Assembly: GCA_963555995.3 (NCBI GenBank)
Contig: OY821641.1
Span: 1,856,001-1,920,000 of the forward strand
Reading direction: 5' to 3'
Length of the DNA: 64,000 nt
From: Vicinamibacteria bacterium
GTDB lineage: Bacteria > Acidobacteriota > Vicinamibacteria > Marinacidobacterales > Marinacidobacteraceae
This document shows, piece after piece, positions 27,729-35,094 of this stretch (positions are counted from its first letter, which is position 1; every line of letters begins with the position of its first letter). Made by a program: the position numbers and the translations under genes. Below the pieces are notes generated by a model that searched no databases, was not told the DNA's origin, and saw nothing but the letters and a program-made list of their open reading frames with translations.

Positions 27729-29024
27729 ATGACCCAGCGCGTTCCCACAGATCGTCTCGCCGCCATCATGGAAGACGCCCACCGTCGCAGCATCGCGCTG
27801 ACCGCGGACCTCGACGACGACCAGTTGATGGGGCCGCGGTCGCCCATCGTGAATCCGCTCAGGTGGGAGATCGGGCACGTCGCGTGGTTCTACGAGAACT
27901 TCATCCTGCGCGGCCTCTACGGGCACGCAGCGATCCTCCCGCAAGGAGACGAACTGTACGACTCGGCAACCGTCCTCCAGGACACGCGCCGGGCGCTGCC
28001 GCTCCTCGGCATCGAGGAAACGATCCACTACGCCGAGACCGTCAGGGACCGCTGTCTCGAACGGCTCGCTCCGGGTACGGCCAGCGAGCGGGACAGCTTC
28101 ATGTACCAGTTCGCCACCTTCCACGAGGACATGCACACCGAGGCGTACATCTACTCCCGGCAGACCCTCGGCTACCCGGCGCCGCGGCTGGGCCGAAGCC
28201 CCGCCCGGGAACCGTCCGGCAGTTGCCCCGGCGACGCCTCCGTTCCCGGCGGGACCTTCCGGCTGGGAGCGGAGCGGGACGCGCCCTTCCGCTACGACAA
28301 CGAGAAGTGGGCGCATCCCGTGCGCGTAGAGCCGTTTTCGATCGCGAGGGCGCCGGTCACGAACGCGGAGTTCGCCGAGTTTGTCGAAGCCGGGGGTTAC
28401 CGGAAGCGGGAGTTCTGGAGCGAGGCGGGCTGGACCTGGCGGGAACGGGCCGGCGCCTCCCGCCCCGTCTATTGGCTCTCCGGCGGGGAGCACGGGTTCC
28501 GGGTGCGGCGCTTCGACGGGATCACGCCCCTGCCGCCCGCCGAGCCGGTCATCCACGTCAACTGGTTCGAGGCGAACGCCTGGTGCGCCTGGGCCGGCCG
28601 GCGGCTGCCCACCGAGATCGAGTGGGAGGCCGCCGCGCTCGGGGAACCCGACGGCGACCGGCTGGCTCCGACCAAAAGGACGTACCCGTGGGGCGAGGCG
28701 CCTCCCGAAGCCCACCGCGCGAACCTGGACGCCTGGGCGCTCGGATGCCTCGACGTGGGAGCGCTTCCCGAGGGGGACAGCGCCTTCGGCTGCCGGCAGA
28801 TGCTCGGCAACGTCTGGGAGTGGACGGCGGACACCTTCAGGCCCTTCCCCGGTTTCCGCCCCGACTCCTACCGGGACTATTCCGAAAGTCGGTTCCACCG
28901 GACGAAGGTTCTGCGCGGCGGCGCCTGGGCCACCCGCGGCCGGCTGCTGACCGGCCGCTACCGCAACTTCTTCGGCCCGGAACGCCGCGACATCATCGCG
29001 GGGTTCCGGACCGTGCGGACGTAG
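27729..29024 (+). CDS. senA: Selenoneine synthase SenA-like (EgtB-related DinB + FGE-sulfatase domains)
   Basis: NPLRWEIGHVAWFYE, FHEDMHTEA (iron-binding His motif), RLPTE.EWE, GNVWEW, YRNFF.P.R.DI.AGFRT. Confidence 0.85.
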   Translation: MTQRVPTDRLAAIMEDAHRRSIALTADLDDDQLMGPRSPIVNPLRWEIGHVAWFYENFILRGLYGHAAILPQGDELYDSATVLQDTRRALPLLGIEETIHYAETVRDRCLERLAPGTASERDSFMYQFATFHEDMHTEAYIYSRQTLGYPAPRLGRSPAREPSGSCPGDASVPGGTFRLGAERDAPFRYDNEKWAHPVRVEPFSIARAPVTNAEFAEFVEAGGYRKREFWSEAGWTWRERAGASRPVYWLSGGEHGFRVRRFDGITPLPPAEPVIHVNWFEANAWCAWAGRRLPTEIEWEAAALGEPDGDRLAPTKRTYPWGEAPPEAHRANLDAWALGCLDVGALPEGDSAFGCRQMLGNVWEWTADTFRPFPGFRPDSYRDYSESRFHRTKVLRGGAWATRGRLLTGRYRNFFGPERRDIIAGFRTVRT

Positions 29025-29034
29025 CGGTTCGGGT

Positions 29035-29472
29035 CTATTCGTCCGGGGCGCCCGGGTACACCCGCTCGCCCTCGTAGTCCCTCAGACCGCAGAAACCGAC
29101 GACTTCGTATCCGTTTGCCTGTAGCAGCTCCGCGGCACGCGCGGCTCTTCCGCCACCCTGTCAAGCGGTGAGGATGGGAACTCCGGCCGGGAGTTCGCCG
29201 ATCCTCGCCTCCAGTTCATCGATCGGAATGTGGACGAAGCCGTCAATCGTGCCGTGCTCGGCGAGTTCCTCGTCGGTGCGGACGTCGAGCAGCAGCGCGC
29301 CGTTCGTGAGGGCGGCGTCAATGTCCGCCGCCTCGACCCGGGGAGCCGGCTCCGGGGCCGGCGCTTCCGCGGCGGGAGCGGGGGCCTCGGCGGGAGGCTC
29401 TCCACCTCCGCAACCCGAGGCGACGGCCGCGACCGCGAGTCCGACGCCGGTCAGCAGGAAGAGTTTTCGCAT
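29035..29472 (-). CDS. Selenocysteine-containing rhodanese-domain lipoprotein (145 aa; TGA at 29161-29163 read as Sec)
   Basis: MRKLFLLTGVGLAVAAVASGC...LLLDVRTDEE...HIPIDEL...PILTA-TGA-QGGGRAARAAELLQANGYEVVGFCGLRDY...TAG. Confidence 0.85.
29130..29145 (-). promoter_or_regulatory. Putative SECIS hairpin (lipoprotein rhodanese)
   Basis: GCCGCGCGTGCCGCGG begins 15 nt after the in-frame TGA. Confidence 0.6.
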
Positions 29473-29491
29473 CGTGGACCTCCGTTGAGAA

Positions 29492-29833
29492 TCAATCGAG
29501 CGGCCGGTACTCCCGGTCACCCGCGTACTGCTTGAGGCCGCAGAAACCCACGACCTCGAATCCCGCGTTCTCCAGAATGGCCGCGGCACGCGCGGCTCGT
29601 GGTCCCACCATTCAGGTGGTGAGGACCGGACGGTCACGCGGCAGCTCGTCCACTCGGTCCGCCAGCTCTCCGAGATGGATGTGGACCGCGCCGGGAATCG
29701 TCCCCGATTCGGCCAATTCGAGCGCGGTGCGCACGTCCAGCAGGAGCACCTTTTCGTCGCGCAGCACCTCGTCAATCTGACCGGCGGCGACGAACGGCGC
29801 CCGCGTCCCGAGCGCGCGCCCCATCAGGCTCAT
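29492..29833 (-). CDS. Selenocysteine-containing single-domain rhodanese (113 aa; TGA at 29612-29614 read as Sec)
   Basis: LLLDVRT..E...GTIPGAVHIHLGEL...PVLTT-TGA-MVGPRAARAAAILENAGFEVVGFCGLKQY...TGA. Confidence 0.85.
29580..29596 (-). promoter_or_regulatory. Putative SECIS hairpin (single-domain rhodanese)
   Basis: GCCGCG-CGTGC-CGCGGC begins 15 nt after the in-frame TGA. Confidence 0.6.
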
Positions 29834-29839
29834 GTTGCG

Positions 29840-29848
29840 AGCGTATCA
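29840..29848 (-). promoter_or_regulatory. Extended -10 box (TGnTACGCT), leaderless start of the rhodanese pair
   Basis: TGATACGCT lies 6 nt upstream of ATG 29833, with no Shine-Dalgarno sequence. Confidence 0.5.
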
Positions 29849-29979
29849 GGGGGGAGTCCGAGCCACCGGGAACTCGTGAGTTCGCTGTCTCGCCTCCCTG
29901 CGGACCCTCACCGGGAGAAACCGCCATGAGGCGGGTCCTCCGGCACACGCCGCCGGTCATGAAAATGTCTGAAGCAGCC

Positions 29980-30233
29980 GGGAACGCCGGTCTTCAGACC
30001 GGCACGCGCTGCGCGACAGCGCAGCGCACGGCACAACGCTTCCGCGTGCGATGGCCCTCGGCTCTCGGATCATCACCGTGAACACCTGCACGACATCCGC
30101 GGGCCTCCGGCCCGCGGTGCCGGTCTGAAGACCGGCGTTCCCAGCCGGCGTCGCCACTTCCGCTGGTTGACGTCGCGCCGGAACCGCATTTTCACAGCAA
30201 CCGGGGCGATGCCGGCCGGAGGCCGGCACTCCG
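29980..30233. repeat. REP/REPIN-like cluster (GGTC-stem variants)
   Basis: GCCGGTCTTCAGACCGGC at about 29985, its inverse at about 30117, and GCCGGCCGGAGGCCGGC at about 30211. Confidence 0.8.
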
Positions 30234-30242
30234 AGGCGCCGA

Positions 30243-32837
30243 TCACTCCCGCCCCAACGCGCGGGCTTCGGCGAGGAAGCCTTCGTAGATGGCGCGGGCC
30301 TCGTCGAACTGGGCGTACACATGGGCCTGCTCGGCCTCGGAACGCCAGTACTCCCATCCCTCGGCCATCGCGCGCAGCCGATCAATCCAGCGGATCGAGT
30401 ACTCGGCGGCGGCGGCGCTCCGCACCGGCTGGTCCCCCGCCCGGACCCAGACGGGATTCGTGAACGCCTGCGCGTAGCCGCAGTCCAGCGGGCGCGCCTC
30501 GTCGGGCGACCCCTCCGCGCGGAGGATCAGCCAACCGCTCCGGTCCATCGGAACCCATCCGGTGGCCCGCGCCGAGCGCCGGTCCTCCGAGAGCGGCACC
30601 TCCGCGACGTCCTCTCCCCCGGAGACCACCCAGGCGCGTTCGAGCGGCGTCGGGGAGCGCACCCAGGCGCTCCACTCCACCTCGCCCCCCGCGTCGGGAA
30701 GCTGGACGTCGTCTCCCGGAATGCGTCCGTTCACCCGGAAGTCGAGGACCGGCCCGCAGCTCACGAAGGCGCGTCCCTCCCGGATCCCTTCGAGGAAGGC
30801 GCCGAGGTCCAGGCCCCGTTCTCCGGTGTGCACGTAGGTGCGGACCGACCCCACCAGCTTGGACCGTTGCATGTTGCTGATGGAGTCCTCCCCGCCCACC
30901 GCGGTGACCCGGAGACCGTTGTTCATCGTGGCGTACCAGGGGAAGAAACCGGAGCGCGACGCCGAGGACCACTCGACGGCGTCCGTCATGCCGAGCGCCG
31001 CGTCCACCATGTACCCCTTCGCGCCCCCGAGGCTCCCCGGGCTCCCGTCGGGAGCGACCAGGGGATCGTTCTCGCCGAAGAAGGCGTGCACGTAGCCGAC
31101 GGTCGCGCCCTGGGCCTTCGCCTTCCGGAACATGTCGGTGTTGGACGGGTAGAGGCTCTCGATCCCGGTGCCCTCGTAGCCCGTCGTATAGGGCGAGATC
31201 AGGTGCTCCTCCAGCCCGAAGTAGAAGACATGGCCGTAGAACGGGGGCCGGTACTCCTGGCCCACGACCAGCACCATCTCGTCGGTCGAGAGCGGGTGGG
31301 CGCCGCCGCCGGGCACGAAGTGCTGGTAGTCGAGGATCCGGTTGTCCTTGTTGGCGATCTGTTCGAGGACCACGTCCTGGTCCTCGGCGGCGGACATGAA
31401 CATCAGGTTCTCCAGCGTGTTGTGGAGGTTGCCGGCGTAGTTCATGTGGACGTGGGTCGAGCCGCTCCACCACCCCTTGGCCGCCATGTCGGTGATCCGG
31501 GGCAGCCGCAGCGTCAGTTCGCTGACGTCGCCCGCGGCGATCTCGACGCTGGCGGTCACCGGCTCGTACTCGAAACCGCGCACCGCTTCGATTTCGAGCG
31601 GCCCGACCGGAAGCTCCATCCGGAAGCTCCCCGCCTGGTGGAAGGAGTGCTCCCCGGCCCCGCCGATCCGGGCGAAGGCGTCCGGCGGGGCATAGAAGCG
31701 GCCGTCGGCGGCGGTGAGGTGGATCCGCGAGGCGACCTCCTCGCCGGTCGCGCCGTCCACGGTGCGCACCGAGAGCACCCCCATGGGCCGGCTCCAGTTC
31801 CGCCGGGTAATCTCGACGACGCGCCGCTTCCCGCCGTAGGTCTCGAGGAGCGCGAGCTGCGGCAGCCCCCCCGCGTTGTCAATGTAGGCGATCCACTCGC
31901 CGTCCGGCGACCAGCGCGGATGGAAGGCGTCGTGCTGGAAGAAGGTCAGCTTGTAGGGCGAGCCGCCGTCGGTCGGCTGCACGTAGAGGTTCGAGAACTG
32001 GTCGGCGGCCCCGGCGGTCGAGGAATAGATGAACCGCTTCCCGTCAATCGAGACGTCCGGTCGGGTCCGGTAGAGCGACTGCTCGGCGAGCACGGTGACT
32101 CCCTCCTCGAACCCGTCCACGGCCATGGGAGTGCGGATCACGTTTCCGGAGCCGAGCGGCACCTCGTGGTTCGAGACCATCAGAAGTTCCCGGGAATCCG
32201 GCATCCAGGCCGGCGTGATGTGCATGTCCCAGGACCCGAAATAGAGCCGCTCCTTGCCGTAGTTCTCGTCCCGGGTGAGCGCGATCTCCTCCGCCCCGAG
32301 GTCGCCGTCCGCGAACTCCCGGACATAGACGTTGAAGTAGCCGGAGGGCTTCGTGGACACGTAGGCGAGGCGGGTACCGTCCGGAGAAAAGACCGGGTCG
32401 GTGTAGAGGTGCTCGTCGCTGAGCAGCGTGCGGGTCTCCCCGGTGGCCACCTCCGTAATCGCGAGACCGATGTTCTGGCCGTTCCGGTCCACGGTGAAAA
32501 CGATGAAGCGTCCGTCCGGAGACCAGGCCGGCAGCGAGTGGTAGCCGGGACCGGAGGTGAGTTCGTCGGCGATCCCGGTCTCGGGGTCCACGCGCCAGAT
32601 GGAGCCGGACATCGCCACCGCGATGCTCTTCCCGTCCGGCGACCACGCCGGCGCCCAGGGCGTGCTGCTCGGCGCGGGCGGGAAGTAGTAGTTGTGCATG
32701 TAGTTCCCGCCGTGGCGCGCGGGCGGATACGCCTCGGCGACCCCCTGGATGATGGGCGGCGGCGGCCAGCGCTGGGGCTGGGCGAACAGCGGGGTGGCGA
32801 TGAACAGGAGGAGAGCGAGGCTGGGACGCGGGTGCAT
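30243..32837 (-). CDS. CehA/McbA-family PHP-like metallohydrolase with TolB-like propeller
   Basis: WSPDG/PD40 repeats, W.SGSTHVH, GQEYR...GH, YVH, GGEDS. Confidence 0.8.
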   Translation of the reverse strand: MHPRPSLALLLFIATPLFAQPQRWPPPPIIQGVAEAYPPARHGGNYMHNYYFPPAPSSTPWAPAWSPDGKSIAVAMSGSIWRVDPETGIADELTSGPGYHSLPAWSPDGRFIVFTVDRNGQNIGLAITEVATGETRTLLSDEHLYTDPVFSPDGTRLAYVSTKPSGYFNVYVREFADGDLGAEEIALTRDENYGKERLYFGSWDMHITPAWMPDSRELLMVSNHEVPLGSGNVIRTPMAVDGFEEGVTVLAEQSLYRTRPDVSIDGKRFIYSSTAGAADQFSNLYVQPTDGGSPYKLTFFQHDAFHPRWSPDGEWIAYIDNAGGLPQLALLETYGGKRRVVEITRRNWSRPMGVLSVRTVDGATGEEVASRIHLTAADGRFYAPPDAFARIGGAGEHSFHQAGSFRMELPVGPLEIEAVRGFEYEPVTASVEIAAGDVSELTLRLPRITDMAAKGWWSGSTHVHMNYAGNLHNTLENLMFMSAAEDQDVVLEQIANKDNRILDYQHFVPGGGAHPLSTDEMVLVVGQEYRPPFYGHVFYFGLEEHLISPYTTGYEGTGIESLYPSNTDMFRKAKAQGATVGYVHAFFGENDPLVAPDGSPGSLGGAKGYMVDAALGMTDAVEWSSASRSGFFPWYATMNNGLRVTAVGGEDSISNMQRSKLVGSVRTYVHTGERGLDLGAFLEGIREGRAFVSCGPVLDFRVNGRIPGDDVQLPDAGGEVEWSAWVRSPTPLERAWVVSGGEDVAEVPLSEDRRSARATGWVPMDRSGWLILRAEGSPDEARPLDCGYAQAFTNPVWVRAGDQPVRSAAAAEYSIRWIDRLRAMAEGWEYWRSEAEQAHVYAQFDEARAIYEGFLAEARALGRE

Positions 32838-32937
32838 GGATGTTCCTCTCGGGCCGCCGATTCTACGGGCGCGCCCGCCCGCCGCAGGCAGCGAACCCGG
32901 CACCGCCGCATCCGGACATGGGCCTCTCTGCTCGATC

Positions 32938-32959
32938 AGGACCATAATGGTCCTATAAT
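32938..32959 (+). promoter_or_regulatory. Palindromic operator overlapping a TATAAT -10 box of the TA operon
   Basis: AGGACCA-TAA-TGGTCCT (32938-32954), TATAAT at 32954-32959, ATG at 32966. Confidence 0.7.
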
Positions 32960-32965
32960 GTGGTC

Positions 32966-33283
32966 ATGCAGTCCATCAAGGTGACCGAACTCAAGACTCA
33001 TCTGAGCCGGTACCTGCGGCAGGCGTCCCGCGGAGAGAGGATCACGGTCAGAGATCGCGACGATCCGATCGCGGAACTCGGTCCGGCGCGCGGCGAGCCG
33101 CTCTCGTGTCGCGACCGCCTGGTGCGTGAGGGCCGACTCCGGCCCGGGACGCAGGACTGGGGCGCCCTGAACATCTCGCCCATCGCGCGACGCGTGGACA
33201 TCCAGGCATCGCTCCGCGCCGTCCGCGAGGATCCGGATGAAGTACGTCGACGCCAGCGCGCTCCTTCGCCTCCTGTTCGCTGA
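32966..33283 (+). CDS. Phd/YefM family antitoxin
   Basis: IKVTELKTHLSRYL....GE.I.V..R..PIA.L.P. Confidence 0.85.
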   Translation: MQSIKVTELKTHLSRYLRQASRGERITVRDRDDPIAELGPARGEPLSCRDRLVREGRLRPGTQDWGALNISPIARRVDIQASLRAVREDPDEVRRRQRAPSPPVR

Positions 33284-33671
33284 ACCCGGTCCGTCGGTCC
33301 CGCTGCGGGCCGGCCAATGGGTGGTCTCCTCCCGGCTCGTCGAGATCGAAGCGTTCCGGGCCGTTGATCGGGAACGGCTGCTCGGCGGCTTGACCGACAC
33401 CGAGACGGCTGTGAAGCGCAAGGAGTTGATCGAACTGCTGGCGACAATGGATCTCGCGCCGGTGGACGACTCGGTGATCGCCGGCGCGAAGGCTTCGTTC
33501 GCGGTGAATCTCCGCGCGCTCGATGCCATCCACGTAGCGACGGCGGAACTCCTGGCGGCGTCGGCCGACGGCGAACCGCTGGAGTTCTGGACGCATGACG
33601 AGCGTCAGGCTACGGCAGCCCTTTCGCGCGGCCTGGCCGTCTATGGCGTGGGCACCGCTGACGGCCGCTGA
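33237..33671 (+). CDS. vapC: VapC-like PIN toxin
   Basis: YVDASALL.L...EP, LRALDAIHVATA, FWTHD.RQ..AA. Confidence 0.9.
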   Translation: MKYVDASALLRLLFAEPGPSVPLRAGQWVVSSRLVEIEAFRAVDRERLLGGLTDTETAVKRKELIELLATMDLAPVDDSVIAGAKASFAVNLRALDAIHVATAELLAASADGEPLEFWTHDERQATAALSRGLAVYGVGTADGR

Positions 33672-33717
33672 CGACTATCGTTCGTGAACCCGGGTAGCGT
33701 TGCGACGCGCGCGGCCC

Positions 33718-33968
33718 GGAGCGCCGGCCTCCGGCCGGCATCGCCCCGGTTGCGGTGAAAATGCGGGGTCGGCGAAACGCTGTCCGTCGAGATGGTGCCA
33801 TCGGCTTGGAGCGCCGGCTTCAGCCGGCACAGCGAGCCGAAGGCTCGCGGACGTCGTGCCGCGGTGCGCGGTGATGGACGGGCAGCCCGAACGCCGTCGG
33901 GCGCGCCAGCGTCGTGCCATCCGCTGCGCTCTGCGCAGCGGGTGCCGGCTGAAGCCGGCGCTCCAAGC
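33718..33968. repeat. REP + REPIN-like element preceding the tandem array
   Basis: Units at about 33718, 33803 and 33942 (rev). Confidence 0.85.
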
Positions 33969-34786
33969 CGTGGGCGCCGTGAGGGCGAGTCGCGTTGCGA
34001 CGCGCGCGGTGCGAGCACCGCGGGTGCCGGCTGAAGCCGGCGCTCCAAGCCGTGGGCGCCGTAAGGGCGAGTCGCGTTGCGACGCGCGCGGTGCGAGCAC
34101 CGCGGGTGCCGGCTGAAGCCGGCGCTCCAAGCCGTGGGCGCCGTAAGGGCGAGTCGCGTTGCGACGCGCGCGGTGCGAGCACCGCGGGTGCCGGCTGAAG
34201 CCGGCGCTCCAAGCCGTGGGCGCCGTGAGGGCGAGTCGCGTTGCGACGCGCGCGGTGCGAGCACCGCGGGTGCCGGCTGAAGCCGGCGCTCCAAGCCGTG
34301 GGCGCCGTAAGGGCGAGTCGCGTTGCGACGCGCGCGGTGCGAGCACCGCGGGTGCCGGCTGAAGCCGGCGCTCCAAGCCGTGGGCGCCGTGAGGGCGAGT
34401 CGCGTTGCGACGCGCGCGGTGCGAGCACCGCGGGTGCCGGCTGAAGCCGGCGCTCCAAGCCGTGGGCGCCGTAAGGGCGAGTCGCGTTGCGACGCGCGCG
34501 GTGCGAGCACCGCGGGTGCCGGCTGAAGCCGGCGCTCCAAGCCGTGGGCGCCGTGAGGGCGAGTCGCGTTGCGACGCGCGCGGTGCGAGCACCGCGGGTG
34601 CCGGCTGAAGCCGGCGCTCCAAGCCGTGGGCGCCGTAAGGGCGAGTCGCGTTGCGACGCGCGCGGTGCGAGCACCGCGGGTGCCAGCTGAAGCCGGCGCT
34701 CCAAGCCGTGGGCGCCGTGAGGGCGAGTCGCGTTGCGACGCGCGCGGTGCGAGCACCGCGGGTGCCGGCTGAAGCCGGCGCTCCAG
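33942..34786. repeat. Tandem array of 10 x 82-bp units plus a terminal 11th REP
   Basis: Unit GTGCCGGCTGAAGCCGGCGCTCCAAGCCGTGGGCGCCGT[G/A]AGGGCGAGTCGCGTTGCGACGCGCGCGGTGCGAGCACCGCGG, period 82. Confidence 0.97.
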
Positions 34787-34789
34787 GCT

Positions 34790-35056
34790 TTACAGGTTGC
34801 GGGCGTGGGCGCGGGCGGGGAGCACGTCGCGGAGGCGCAGCCCCTCGTCCTTGAGGTAGCTCAGCAGGCCCTTCTTGTCGATGGTGCGGAGGGCGCGGGC
34901 GCTGAGCCGTAGCCTCACCGAGCGCTCCAGCTCGGGCACCCACACGGACTTCCACTGCAGGTTGGGAAGCTGACGCCGCTTCGTCTTGTTGTGGGCGTGG
35001 CTGATGGCGTTCCCGGTGAGGGGACGCTTGCCGGTCAGCTTGCAGGTCCTGGCCAT
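34790..35056 (-). CDS. rpmB: 50S ribosomal protein bL28
   Basis: MARTCKLTGKRPLTGNAISHAHNKTKRRQLPNLQ. Confidence 0.97.
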   Translation of the reverse strand: MARTCKLTGKRPLTGNAISHAHNKTKRRQLPNLQWKSVWVPELERSVRLRLSARALRTIDKKGLLSYLKDEGLRLRDVLPARAHARNL

Positions 35057-35094
35057 GGGCGGCGCGGATTCTAGCGGTTCCGGACCGGGCTCGC

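Noticed and set aside
29161-29775. Tracked 204-aa ORF, and 29082-29405, as the real genes
   Set aside because: The first joins an off-frame stretch of the upstream rhodanese to the N-half of the second. Sec read-through explains both genes cleanly.
33942-34786. Possible CRISPR array
   Set aside because: The would-be spacers are identical apart from one SNP, there are no cas genes, and the repeat is the dispersed REP sequence.
33641-34955. Long repetitive ORFs and the series of 67-aa ORFs over the array
   Set aside because: Artefacts of a stop-poor GC-rich 82-bp repeat read in rotating frames.
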